Below, piece by piece: positions 12,818 to 25,575 of a DNA stretch of 64,000 bases. The notes under the pieces are model-generated. The model saw only the letters and a list, made by a program, of their open reading frames with translations, did no database searches and was not told where the DNA came from. The stretch lies in NCBI GenBank assembly GCA_964234715.1, contig OZ174289.1; one strand, given 5' to 3'. The position numbers and the translations under genes were made by a program. This DNA is from Podarcis melisellensis (lineage: Eukaryota). The stretch's first letter is position 1. Every line of letters begins with the position of its first letter.

Positions 12818-13110
12818 GAACCTAACAAGAGCTTGATGGATCAAGCCAATGGCTCGTCTAGCCTCCCATTTTCATAGTGGCCAACCAGATGCTTGTGGGA
12901 AACCAACTATAAGGACTCAAGCACTCTCCCCCTCTGTGGTTTTCAGCAACTGGTATCCCAAATCATTACTGCCTACCTGACCTTGGAGGCAGAGGATAGC
13001 CACCATTGCTAGGAGCTATTGATAACCTTATCCTCCATGAATTGTCCATTCCTCTTTTAAAGTCATCCAAGCTGCTGGCCATCATTGCCTCCTGTAGCTG
13101 CACATTCCAT
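12818..13110 (-). mobile_element. CR1 LINE 3' end
   Basis: Reverse complement of CR1 ORF2 end and UTR (ttatcctccatgaatt..cctcttttaaag.catccaag). Confidence 0.75.
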
Positions 13111-13937
13111 AGCGTGACACTCTATATCCACTCCATTTCTCATAAATCCTAGCCATCATCACTACTAGTCAGGGTGATGGATGTCGAAGTCTGGAGGTCT
13201 GCAAGTCAGGTCCCTCCTCCCATTTTACTGGAATATTGGCATATTAGGGAGAAGGATGCCCTAGTTGGGCTTTCAATTACCCAACATGATCAGAACTTTC
13301 TGGCTGGGCCCCTTGTCCCTTGTCTATACATCTAGCCCCACCATTATTCATGTGTTGAAGGGTGGACATCTGCAGCAATCAGCTTGCTATATTTGTGGAG
13401 GATCCCTATATAATTAAGAACTCAAAATCATGTGGGGACTCCTCAAAAGTACAGCAGTCTCCCCACAACAAACCTTTCCCTGAGGCTGTTCTCGGGGAAG
13501 CAACAAAGAGGTCAGGAAAAGCCAAAGCCTCTTTGAACTCATGCACACATGGCAGGCAAGCAGAGGAGGGGAGGAGGCTTAGAAGCACAGGAGGTGTGCA
13601 ATTTTGAGTCTGGATCTGCCATCCCTTCCAGCTGCCTGGAACCTGCTGCTCTGAGGCCACTACTTCACCTCTTCCCATGGGTGGGACAGCCCTGCTCATC
13701 ATCATTGATGTAGTTTCTTCCTTGGTGTGCTCAAAATTCCATATCATCACTGAATAATGCCTTCTCTCTGCGTATTTCTTGCTGCAGTTTTTCATCTCCC
13801 TCACCTCATTTTATCCCCCCCCCATTTGCATCACCCATGGATTACTTGCTCTTACTGCTAAGCTGGAACAAAGAACTCTCAAATTCCTTGGAAATTAACA
13901 TGCACGCCTCATTTCCCACTATTCAAAAAGGCATTCC

Positions 13938-13974
13938 TCAGCAGCAACAGCAGCAGCAGCAGCAGCAGCAACAG
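13938..13974. repeat. (CAG)n microsatellite
   Basis: Read directly; not inside a credible ORF. Confidence 0.9.
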
Positions 13975-14199
13975 TGAGGAATCAAAGGCAGTGGGGATTC
14001 CACATTGAATGTATTTGAGGTCCTATAAATCTCTTGCTGCTGAACTAGACTTTGAGCTCCTATATGGCTATTTCACTGTAGTAATCCAGACAACAGTACC
14101 TGGCCCCCAAGGCCCAGATAATACAATTTCTGCTATCTCATGTGATAGAATGTTCTCCATCATATGCACCATGCTAACATGTAAACCTGACATTTCATG

Positions 14200-14789
14200 T
14201 GAAGGCTTATGTGCACAAACAGCGCCAATTACTTGGCGAATATCACCAATCCCACCCTTCGGAGAGCCTTCACCGTGGCCCATTTTCAAACCATTCCTAC
14301 GGCCTATCTGTCAGGCAGATATGCAAAAATCCCAGTAGAGGAGCGTATATGTCCTTGTCATATGAGAACCAAAGAGGATCTCACACATTACATGCTGTAT
14401 TGTCCCATCTATTCGGCCTTCAGGGATGCGATGTTACAAACTATTCCCAAATCAATAGTCAACTCTGAGGACCAAGTAAAGTTTTTACTGGTGGACGCTG
14501 ATCCACGGATTTCTCACGTGGTAGCGGTCTTTGTGGTGAAGGCTATGAAAACTAGGGTATGGTTCCTGGATGAAATGGTGAGGTCCCTCCCATTGCTCTC
14601 CTAACCTGTTGCTGTATCTTCTTTCCTGAATGGTGGGGTTTTTTTTGGGTAGTTTCCTTGCTGGGACAGCATGGCATGAATTTTAGCTTTTTTATAATTT
14701 GATTGTTTATCTTTTAATAATGTTTTATGGTATTTTGTGTAAAGGCATGGACCTCACAAATTTAATAAACTTGTTGTTGTTGTTGTTGA
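14200..14789 (+). mobile_element. RTE-X-like LINE 3' end
   Basis: ORF 14209-14604 RRAFTVAHF..GRY..ERICPC..EDLTHYMLYCPIY is a C-terminal CCHC-type knuckle; AATAAA then (TTG)n tail. Confidence 0.75.
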
Positions 14790-16835
14790 CCATGGAGAAA
14801 CTCCTTTATATACAGTGTGCCCACAAACAAAGGTGTGAAAAACCTTGTGCTCCCTCCATGAGTCCCAGGGATAATCAGAACCGTAGAGTGTCTCTCACTT
14901 TCAGATGAGCCATTTATTTTCACAAACCTAGGTATTCTTATCACCATTTATCCTGTTTACCTACATTTTGTTACCTCAAGTAAGCACTTCTTGTTACTCT
15001 CCCACAGGTTTCTACCTTAGGGAATCCCTTCTCATCTCCCCTAAGCTTGCCACTGGAGGTTCCCTGCCCCTCTAAGACGTTCCTTACCAAGTCCTGCCAT
15101 GCCTGTTCCTCCCCTTCTTCCCACCAGCTTCCCCCTCTGCCATTCTCTGTCTCACACTGCTCACTCTTTTTTCCTTATTTTCTCCTCTTCTCCCTCTTTG
15201 TTCCTATTTTGTTTCCCCTTCCCCTTTCCCCATTCTCTTTTCTATTTTTACTCTTCAGTCTTCACCTTCCTCTCACCTCTCTCCACAAGCTATCCATTCT
15301 CCCTGCTTTCTCTCACTTGGCTTTGGATTCTCCTAAAAAGTGCAGCCAGCTGCCACTTTAATCTCCATCTGTGTGCATTCCTTGGCTCTGACTACCTGGC
15401 CAGCCAGACACCTAAGATCATAAGAAGAGCCTGCTAGATCAGGCTGATGGCACATCTTATCCAGCATCCTGTTCTCTTAGTGGCCTCACACTTGGGTAAT
15501 CAATTGGATTGAGCAAATGCAGAGGTGGCTCCCAACACCTTTTCCTCCCCAGCCCAAGAGCCACATCCCATAATGAGTAGGCTTCCAGGAGCAGGAAGCT
15601 GCTAGGAGTGGGAGCAGAGGTCAAAGTGTGAGGAGCAGTGGATATGACTCTGACCTTCACATGGCTGGCGGCATTTCACCTATGCAAAATCCAGAAGTTT
15701 TTTTCATGCATCTCTCTCCAACCAGGTAATCAAAGGGCATTATCACAGTTCAATGACATATTTCAGTTAGACAAAACCACTTGAGGAAACAAAGCATGAC
15801 CAGTGAATGATGTAGCCTGGCAAGCGGGCATGGCATGGAGAGATTCCCAAATAGGAATGTAATGAGTGTCCTTAAAAACCCCCACAAAATATTACTTAAG
15901 CGCTCCCCAAAGTGGGCACACATCACTCCCACCCCTGCTTTTATCAAGTTGAGAAGGGTAGAGCAATCAATTGGAGAAAATCACAATGAGTGTGTAACAA
16001 AATATTAAAACCAGCACTTTCCATTCTTCCCAGAAGGGGACCAGCAGCCAGTCATATTATCTAAAATCTAGTGATATATGGTCTAAATGCACAACTCTAG
16101 TCAAGATCACGCAATGCTGGTGTCCAAGAAATATTGCCTGCCACATAAGTGTAGACACAAAGGCTGGCACCACCATAATCAGGGTTGGAAAGGAATCTCC
16201 CCACCCCAGTTAGAATGATTCCTTCTCTCTGCTTCAGGTTTACTTCTGCAGAAACCTCTGAAATGACCACACTTTCCCAGTGTAACAAGAAATGATGGAT
16301 TGCCCTTTTCAAAACATGATTGGTCTCCAGTGACTAAAGTTTGAGTTTCATCTGTGATAGATGGAAATGCCAGTCTCATGCCAGTTCTACTACATAAGAC
16401 TTATTTATTATCTAGGTAGGTGACCCTTTGTGAGGGAAGAGATGTGGTCAGCAAAAGGGAGGCCTATCGTCGTCATCACCCCATGCTCTTTTCCATCACA
16501 GCAATTAGTGGTCCCTTTCCTATTACCATTTCCTATGAAGTCAGCACTTTTTGTAACATTATTATTTTTTATATCAGCTGAGCATATGTTGCATGAGAAC
16601 ATGCAGCAGAGAAGGCTGAAACTCGGTTGTTTGAGCAAACAATAACGTAAAAACAAAACAAAACTATTTGTTCCTCAGAGTAGAGTTGTTGGCTTGTGCA
16701 GATCCTGGTATATTGAGGTTTAAAAATTGAGCTAATGAAAAGCATTGTAAAAAGTTGCTAGGACATTTAAGTGGTACCATTATTTATATATCTGAAATTT
16801 TTTTTAGACATTTAAATATCCAAGTGTTGTACTAA

Positions 16836-16839
<4 letters not shown>

Positions 16840-16889
<50 letters not shown>
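16840..16889. repeat. (GA)n microsatellite abutting the gap
   Basis: Read directly. Confidence 0.95.
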
Positions 16890-16893
<4 letters not shown>

Positions 16894-16898
16894 TTATC

Positions 16899-17066
16899 NN
16901 NNNNNNNNNNNNNNNNNNNNNNNNNNNNNNNNNNNNNNNNNNNNNNNNNNNNNNNNNNNNNNNNNNNNNNNNNNNNNNNNNNNNNNNNNNNNNNNNNNNN
17001 NNNNNNNNNNNNNNNNNNNNNNNNNNNNNNNNNNNNNNNNNNNNNNNNNNNNNNNNNNNNNNNNNN
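16899..17066. other. Assembly gap (168 N)
   Basis: Run of N. Confidence 1.
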
Positions 17067-17535
17067 GTACCTTTAAAGATCTATCATGGCTCTTTAAACA
17101 GTCATGGCTTCTCCTAAAGAAATTTGGCAGCTGTGGTTAGTTAAGGGTGCTTAGAGTTGTTAGGAGACCTCTATTCCTCTGACAGAGCTACTATTCCCAC
17201 ATACCCATCAACTGCCCTAGAAAAACTGGGACATCCCATACCCCTGCCCCCCGGTGAGAGCACAGTGGCCATTTTGGGTGCCTTGCTCTCACACGATTTC
17301 AAGCCAAGATCTCACCTGAAAAAAACCACTTTTCTGGGTCTATGATTTTGCCCCCAAAACACATGGTTTTCTGCCCTGTGCCCAAAAGAGAGCTTTTTCC
17401 AGGTTCATGATCTCATGCAGGTCATGAGCCCTCACACAGGATTTTGGATCCAGAAAATGGTGTTCCAGATTTGGCCTGTGTCGCATTGGAGGGCATATTC
17501 CCATTGCGGTTAACAGTCAATCCCTCTTCTTATGG
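17067..17535. mobile_element. Palindromic MITE (family of 31154 and 50590) carrying a nested insertion
   Basis: tttaaacagtcatggcttc..aagggtgc..taggagacc..gagctactattccca shared with 31154-31751 and 50590-50760. Confidence 0.65.
17200..17495. mobile_element. hAT MITE nested in the palindromic MITE
   Basis: 8-bp TSD tattccca at 17192-17199 and 17496-17503; ends catacccatcaa and ttggagggca resemble the 46523 family. Confidence 0.7.
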
Positions 17536-18735
17536 ATAAGACATATCATCTGCTGTTGCTTCTCCCCCACCGCCTTAAAGGATTTATATCTTACTTATGT
17601 GTTTTATTCATGAAAACCATTAGACAGTTAATGTTGTTAAATTGTTGACATTTCATCCCATACTTTTTTTGGGGGGGGGGTTGTTGTTTGTTTTCTTTCT
17701 TTTTTTTAATAGCTATTTTCTCATATATACAACTCAGCATTCTGTGAACCACATGTGGTCTTGAGCTGTCAGTCACAGGGAAGGATATGGAAAAGACTCA
17801 TGTGATAGATTTCTCCAACTGCAACAAGTTTACAGCTTCAAGAAAGCAATTTCAAAAGGCTTTTCCCCGGTAGGCTCTCTGTTAATCATGAAAAGGGTTC
17901 AAAAATTATACCTTAACTGAACTGAGCAAAGCTAGCTCTTGACTTTAAAGTAGGGTGTTTCTTTTATCATCTATATTGTGGGTGCAGAGGATGAAAGAGG
18001 AATAACAATGTTGAAATAAACTGTAAACCTACAAAAACAAAAAAACAGAGAAATCTCTCCTTTTTTGCATTTGTATTTGCAATTTAAATGTGGAATGTTT
18101 TTAGAACAGATCAAACTTGTCTTCTGTCTTTTGAAGGGGAATACACAAGAAGAGGATTGGTCTGTTTTCATAATGCCTTCTGGAAACTGGTGTGAAAGGA
18201 AAGCTTTTAATAATTGCTATATATATATATAATATAAAACAGCTTAGTAAGTGCACATTTGCATTTGGGGACTGCATTTTACCTATGCCTCCCATGACAT
18301 TCCTATACACTGTTGCTTTGCTCATAACTCCTGCTTTAAGAAGGGAAAAGTTTGAGATGTCCCCTTTGAAGATCACTGGGACATGGAATTAGACCATTTG
18401 GGAGGTTTGTCATTCTTGATCCTTCTCCTGGAAATAACAAGCAATGTGTGGAAATGCCCCCAATACTTTCACAGGCTTAACAGAGTGTCCCCCGCCCACA
18501 CACCTAAGGGTGGCAAGCTAGGTTAGGGAAGTGATCAGAGCACACTCAGCTCTGTCCTCCAACACCACTTCATCTCTGCCCAGTGGCAGAGCTTTCCCTG
18601 TCCCCAGATATATTATTTATGATATTAAGGAGAGGTTCTGCTTCAGAAGTGGGGAACCATTTGCAGTCTTAGGACCACATTCCTTCATGGCAATACTTTA
18701 GGGACCATAGTCCAGTAATGCATAGGACCAGAGGT

Positions 18736-18856
18736 ATCTGAAGGCAGCCCTGTTTAGGGAAGTTTTTAATGTCCGGTGTTTTATTGAATTTTTAATATTT
18801 TGTTGGAAGCTGCCCAGAGTGGCTGGGGAAACTCAGGCAGATGAGTATAAACAATC

Positions 18857-18905
<49 letters not shown>
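18736..18905 (+). mobile_element. L2 LINE 3' end with (ATT)n tail
   Basis: ctgaaggcagccctgtttagggaagttttt..gcccagagtggctgggg, the same terminus as 24505-24984. Confidence 0.8.
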
Positions 18906-19374
18906 TGGGTGGAACTATGCACACAGCTTTTACCTTTATACAGTATGCTACATTGCAGCCATGCAAAGGTTACACCCTCACTCCGCATACCTCTCTCCAT
19001 CTAGGGAAGAAAAAGCAGAAATGTAGTGGTCTGGGGTTGCAGGGGTCAAAGACTTGCTACTATTTCTGCAGCAGGGCCCCTGCCTCCAGCATCCTAGAAC
19101 TCTCTAATTAACATGAAAGCTTTTTAGTTACTGGGAGGTTTTCTCACCCTTTGCGCTGATTTGAGCTGCTCAGAGTGAAGGGAGGTGAGTCAGCCCCTGA
19201 GGATTTGCTCCCAGGGTCACTCTGGAGAAAATATGTGGGAAGAACATCAAAGGACAATTTTCCTGCATGCTACAAAGCTAAGCATCTAGGAACACTGAGA
19301 ACACAAGGTGCTTCCATTTCAAGAGAATGATGTGCAGGTTATTTTACGTAGAATGGATTTCCAAGGAAAACACA

Positions 19375-19718
19375 ACTTGGAGTCACTCCTGAAGGACCCT
19401 CTCCACTTGCATAGTTCAGCCTAGACACTGAGGCCCAGATCAGAGGGCCTTCTGATGGTTCCCTCAGTGCAAGAAGTGAGGTTACAGGGAACCAGGCAGA
19501 GGGCCTTCTCAGTACTCACACCCGCACTCCTGTCAGATGTCAAGGAAATAAACAACTATCTGTCTTTTGAAAGACATCTGAAGGCAGCCCTATATGAGGA
19601 AGTTTTTAGTGTTTGATGTTTTACTGTGTTTGATGTTTTAATTTATCGGAAGCTGCCCAGAGTGGCTAGGGCAATCCAGTCAGATGGGCAGCATATAAAT
19701 AATAAATAATTATAATTA
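19375..19718 (+). mobile_element. L2 LINE 3' fragment
   Basis: gttacagggaaccaggcagagggccttctc..tcagatgtcaagga, then the shared L2 3' terminus. Confidence 0.8.
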
Positions 19719-20066
19719 CTCCAAAAGCTATTGGAGCACTCCAAATCATTTGCTGATGTTTGTGTACACAAAATAACAGGACATGGAGATCTGTGTTGAT
19801 TGCTGCAATGTGTCCTTAAAGTAATAATTATTGTATACTTTTGATAATATTGTATATTATAAGGTTACATAAGCTTAGAAGGGGTGTGGCTGTGTAAGGG
19901 GGCATGGCATTCACAAAGGGATGCTGCACTTCTGAATTTGACACTGTGCTACTGTTCAAAGACACATTCCAGCCAGACACAAGCATGAGGAGGAAGCATG
20001 GAATAGGTTAGGCAAGTTGGAGGATCTGAATATGTGTGTGGCTTGGGAGAACCTCAAGAGCTAGAT

Positions 20067-20163
20067 CCGTGTTTCCCAAAATTGGGTCTCCAGCTGTTTT
20101 TGGTCAGGGATGATGGGAATTGTAGTCCCCAAACAGCTGGAGATCCAAGTTTGGGAAACACTG
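20067..20163. mobile_element. Short palindromic hAT MITE
   Basis: About 33-bp inverted arms (c.gtgtttcccaaa / tttgggaaacactg); 8-bp TSD agctagat and ggctagat. Confidence 0.8.
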
Positions 20164-21330
20164 GGCTAGATAGAGAGGCCTGGGAGGCTGCAATCATCCC
20201 CTGGACTTGAGGTTCCTCAACCCTCGTCTACATAATGTCTGCTACTAAGGGCTTTCCAGCATAAGGGAAGCTCAAGATTTGTTTGTTTGCACTCATGGAA
20301 GCATGAACGGAACAATCCATTTAACTCCGTGGGATTAATTTCTGAGTAAACATACATTGGGCAGGGTATTATTTGTTCTATAAGTTCTGTCAGACACCTT
20401 ATGACTTTACTTATGGAATTTATGTTTACTGACTTCAGAACTTTAGCTTTTATTTGTAGAGCAACCAATTCCCAATAGATGAGATAAACAGATTGGTGTG
20501 TGGGAAAAGAAGGTTCCGTTGCAATCAGTTATTTCAGTTAAATATAAAATAACAAATTGTTTTCCATCAAAATCCTAGGCGTATTTTTTTGGCTGTGTTA
20601 TTTAGCTCATTCTTTCCTTTTTTACCAGTATTGCAGCCTCCTGTGGTAATGAGGCTGGAAGGCATGCAACACAGTTTTGAATATGCGACCATTAAAACAA
20701 CTAACCTTTAGCTAATGTGTTAATGCCACTTTCAATCCACAGGCCTTTTTAAAATCAACAATCCCAGTGACAGAATACTGAAAACAATTAAGCTTGACTT
20801 GTCAAAATGAATAGGAGAGATGGCGTCTCCATCGCAGCTAGCAATGGCGATTAGAATCAAGTAATTTTCCTAAGTGGATTTGGTTTTGTGTGTGAACATG
20901 ACCATGTTACATAACTTAGATTGCCTGATTAGTATTGCATTTGTTAATAAAATAATAATAAACTCAGTTGCAGAAGAATGAAGGATTCTTCCAGACTGTC
21001 ATTATTTTGTAGGTAGTCTTCAAGGGGCCCTGAATATTTTGCCATGAGATCATGTCCCTTTACCAATCAAATTCAAGGGAGGCAGATCATACTCACATAA
21101 CTGACTGTATGGTTTGATTTCCTGACAAAGAAATTACCAATTTCATTTTTTAACCATGCTCTTCCTGCGTGGAGCTCAAAGTATCAGTCATGTTCCCTTC
21201 CTCTTTGTTACTCACAATAACCCTGTGAGGGTGATTTGACTGAGAGATAGTGACTGGCCCATGGTCACCCACTCAGTTTCCAGGAACATGGTGAGCTGAC
21301 CATTGCCTTAGGCAGTGCTGTTCTGAAATA

Positions 21331-23928
21331 ATAAAATAATAATAATAAATTTTATTTATACCCTGCCCTCCCCAGCCAAGGCCAGGCTCAGGGTGGCTAA
21401 CAACCAATAATAAAAACAAGTTGAATGAATACAACTTAAAAACAAGATTAAAATACAACATTAAAACATTAAAATGCAGCCTCATCACAGGAGGAAGAAG
21501 GAAAAAAGAAAGAGGGGGAGGGAACCAAATTGACTCCAAGCCAAAGGCCAGGCAGAACAGGCCCTGCGGAAAGAAATCAGATCCTGCAGGGCCCTGGTCT
21601 CATGAGACAGAGCGTTCCACCAAGCCGGAGCCAGTGTTGAAAAAGCTCTGGCTCTGGTTGAGGCTAATCTAAGTTCCTTAGGGCCTGGGACCTCTAGGGT
21701 GTTGCTATTTATGGACCTTGAGGCTCTCTGTGGGGCATACTGGAAGAGGCGGTCCCGTGGGTACGAGGGTCCTAGGCCATGAAGGGTTTTAAGATCAAAA
21801 CCAGCACCTTAAATCTGACCCTGTACTCCACCGGGAGCCGGTGCAGCTGGAAAAGCACTGGGTGAATATGCTCCATCAGGGAATTAATATGCTCTCACGG
21901 CAGAGACCCCGTGAGGAGCCTCGCTGCAGCATTCTGCACCTGCTGGAGTTTCTGGGACAGCTTCAAGGGCAGCCCCACATACAGTGAATTACAGTAGTCA
22001 AGCCGGGAGGTGACCGTTGCATGGATCACTGTGGCCAGGTCTGGGTGGGAAAGGTAAGGGACCAACTGCTTGATGCAGTGAAAGTGGAAAAATGTCACCT
22101 TGGCTGTTGCTGTAACCTGCACCTCCATGGAAAGGGAAGCATCATGGATTACACCCAAACTCTTAACGGAAGGCAATGGCACTAATTGAGCCCCTGCAAG
22201 AGAAGGGAGTTGGTCCCTCATCCCCATATCATCCCGACCCAACCAGAGGACCTCTGTCTTCGAAGGATTTAGTTTCAATCGGCTGCCATGAAACCATCCA
22301 ACCACAGCTTCCAAGCATCTGGTCAGTGTGTCCGGGGCCGAGTCGGTGTGGCCATCCATCAGCAGATAGAGTTGAGTGTCATCAGCATATTGGTGACAGC
22401 CCAGCCCAAAGCTCTGGATAATCTGGGCAAGGGGGCGCATAAAGATGTTAAAAAGCACCAGGGGGAGGATTGCGCCCTGCGGCACTCCACACACCAAGAA
22501 GTGGCGCGATGACATCTCCCTCCCTAGCGCCACCCTCTGTCCCTGACCAGAGATAAAAGAGCACAGCCATTTACGGGCTATGCCCTGTATCCCCACGTCA
22601 GTGAGGCGGTGGTCCAGAAGAGCATGATCGACCATGTCAAAGGCTGCTGACAAATCAGCAGTCCTGACCCACCTCAATCCAGTTGTCTATGGAGATAATC
22701 TGTTAGGACAACCAGAGCCGTCTCGATCCCGAAACCAGGATGGAACCCAGCCTGAAATGGATCTAAAGCCAATGTTTCATCCAGAAACCTACCAAGCTGT
22801 TCAGCAACTGCTCTCTCAATTACCTTACCCAGATATGGAAGACTTGAAACAGGGCGGTAATTGGATAGGTCTAAAGGATCTAGTGAAGTTTTCTTTAAGA
22901 GCGAATACACCACTGCTTCCTTCAGTTCCCCTGGTAATGTCCCTGTGCCAAGAGACAAATTGATAATTTCAACCAGAGGGGTCCGTGTGACATCTCGACA
23001 TACCCTAATCAGCCAAGATTGGCACAGATCAAGGAGGCAGGTGGTGGGCCTACCAGCTTGGAGGAATCTATCCACATCAGTAGGGAGTATCCGATCAAAA
23101 TGGTCCAACACTGGAACCGAAGACAGTCGAGGGGCTTCCAGTTCAGTCACTGTATCTAAATTGGCAGGGAGATCACGGCGGAGCAACAGGACTTTCTCCG
23201 CAAAAAAGCTTGTGAATGCCTCACAGCTGTGGATCGAATTTGTGCTTAAATTTGGTTGTCCTCCTAAGGACATTATCAACCTAATTATTTTAAAAAGTTG
23301 TGCTGGGCGAGAGCTAGTGGATGCAATGGAAACTCCGAAGTAAGATTTCTTAGCAGCTTTCATAGCCATCTCATAGGCTTTCGTAAGTGTCCTATGAAAT
23401 GTTCATGAATCTCTGTTACGAGTCTGTCGCCATACTCGCTCTAGCCGTCTGAGATCCCACTTCATTTTCCGGAGCTCCTCAGTAAACCAAGGGGCCCGGT
23501 ATCGACAGGGTCGAAGAGGGTGCTTAAGCGCGATCTCATCGATGGCTGTCAAGAGCCAGTTATTCCAGTCCTTGACAAGGTCATCTAATGTCGCCAGGAG
23601 GAGCAGGGTCCCGCAAGGCCTGACGGAATCTATCAGGATCCATCAGCCTTCGCAGGCGAGCCCAAATAGGCTCACCACCTGAACAGGGGAGAAGCGGGAA
23701 GTCAATCTTGGCTTTCAGAGCATAGTGATCAGACCATGGCACTTCCACAGGGGGGAGCATGATCACATCTATGCCAGCACCAAAGATCAGATGCAGTGTG
23801 TGGCCTGCTTGATGAGTGGGGCCCAAAACAAACTGGGAGAACCCTAGTGTTGAATGGAAGTCACTAGGTCCAGAGCCTGTGAGGAGGGTCAGCATCGGCA
23901 TGGACATTGAAGTCTCCCAAAACCAGTA
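21331..23928 (-). mobile_element. L2-clade LINE, about 2.6 kb, endonuclease remnant plus reverse transcriptase, frameshifted
   Basis: ORFs 21895-22677 (DLSAAFDMVDH, GVPQG, QYADDTQLY, SRLDYCN), 22674-23369 (NYRPVS.LPYLGKVIE) and 23581-23976 (PTH..GHTL, SDH); AT-rich tail near 21331. Confidence 0.93.
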
Positions 23929-24504
23929 GGTTTGAAAATCACTCTCACAGTCTTCTGATTGTTCTCCTTCAATCAATGAGAAAAGAAATTACATTTGAAG
24001 ATTCTATTTGATAATCATCAAAGGGAACAGGAAAAAAAGATGAAATTGATGGGTGATGGCTTTCTGTTGTGCTGGTTTTACTTTTCAGGTGGCCAAGAGA
24101 TTTTTGTGAATGTCCATTCATTCATTCTATGAATCACATTTCTGCCTTCCTGGGTGCCCTCACTTCAATTAAATCCCAGGAAAAGGTATTAGGCACCTCC
24201 TCACATGGGCCTTTTTCAGATCAGGATGTGCAGTCAGCTGGGGAGGCTGCAAAGTGCTGGAAAATGTTTGCTAGGAGAGGACACACACACACGTCTTTCT
24301 CATAATGATTAGGTCATTGGTTATACATGATGCAATTTTCTTTGCTATTTGTGCTTACATATGTTTCATGGCAGACACAGCGGTTCATTTCCAATTCTCA
24401 TACCTTAACGCTGTAATGTTTCAGACAAAAAATGCTTCAGGGTTGCTTTGCCCCACTTTGTGCAATAGTTCAATAACAATGAGGAAGAATCAGAGAACAA
24501 TTAA

Positions 24505-24930
24505 GTGGGAGTAGCCGCCAGGACCACATAACACCAGTTCTGAGAGATCTGCATTGGCTCCCAGTACGTTTCTGAGCACAATTCAAATTGTTGGTGCTGA
24601 CCTTTAAAGCCTCGGTCCTGTATACCTGAAGGAGCGTCTCCACCCCCATCGTTCACTGAGATCCAGCGCCAAGGGCCTTCTGGCGGTTCCCTCATTGTGA
24701 GAAGTGAGGCTACAGGGAACCAGAGAGGGCCTTCTCGGTAGTGGCGCCTGCCCTGTGGAACATCAGATGTCAAAGAGATAAACAATTACCTGACATTCAG
24801 AAGACATCTTAAGGCAGCCCTGTTCAGGGAAGTTTTTAATATGTAACACTGTACTGTTTTTAACACTTGATTGGGAGCCACCCAGAGTGGCTGGGGAGAC
24901 TCAGCCAGATGGGTGGCGTATAAATAATAA

Positions 24931-24984
<54 letters not shown>
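24505..24984 (+). mobile_element. L2 LINE 3' fragment with (ATT)n tail
   Basis: HITPVLRDLHWLPV-type sequence (gatctgcattggctcccag) and L2 3' terminus. Confidence 0.88.
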
Positions 24985-25169
24985 AAATGATATGGTGTGT
25001 ATATGATCAAGCAACTTAGGTTCAGGGTACCTCAGGGACCACTTGAACTTTTACATTCCAGGTTGATAACTAAGATCATTTGCAGGAGCATCTTTGGTCT
25101 CAATGACAACCATCTGAGGTGATGGATGGCTGACCCTCAAATTTTAAAGCAGTGGGCCCCCTCAATATT

Positions 25170-25252
25170 CTGCAGCCTGTGGTGGGCCCCACTGGGCATA
25201 CCTGCAGCTGTGATGGGTCTCACGGGGCCTACCTGTAGCCATGGTGGGCCTC
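25170..25252. repeat. About 31-bp GC-rich minisatellite, 2.6 copies
   Basis: ctgcagcctgtggtgggccccactgggcatac / ctgcagctgtgatgggtctcacggggcctac / ctgtagccatggtgggcc. Confidence 0.7.
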
Positions 25253-25314
25253 CTCCCACCATGTGATGTCACACATGCGTGCCAGGCCCTCATCCCCAAG
25301 TTGGGTGGAACCCA

Positions 25315-25575
25315 GCGTGTGTGCAAGAAACCGAAACTTCAGTGTCTTCAGCGCAGTCCTGTGGAATGCTCCACCTATAGAAATTTAGCAGGCTCCTTCA
25401 ACATTTAAACCGCTGTTGAATATTTTTCCATTCCATCAGGGAATTAATAATATGTCTTTCCACAACAGTTAACTGATTTCTGATTTTAACTATTTAATTG
25501 TATTTTTATACACATAATTATTGCTAACTGCCCTGATTGATTTTTATGAATAGTGGTATATAAAATAAATACAAA
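25315..25575 (+). mobile_element. Old L2-like 3' end
   Basis: ARNRNFSV..LWN..P.EI.QAP-like remnant followed by an AT-rich tail. Confidence 0.5.

Noticed and set aside
13406-13804. 132-aa minus-strand ORF near the (CAG)n tract
   Set aside because: No homology recognised, and the CAG tract lies outside it, so there is no polyglutamine gene evidence.
21097-21121. 25-nt minus-strand microexon (ttctttgtcag|..|gtgagt)
   Set aside because: Not frame-preserving, weak pyrimidine tract, no supporting gene context.
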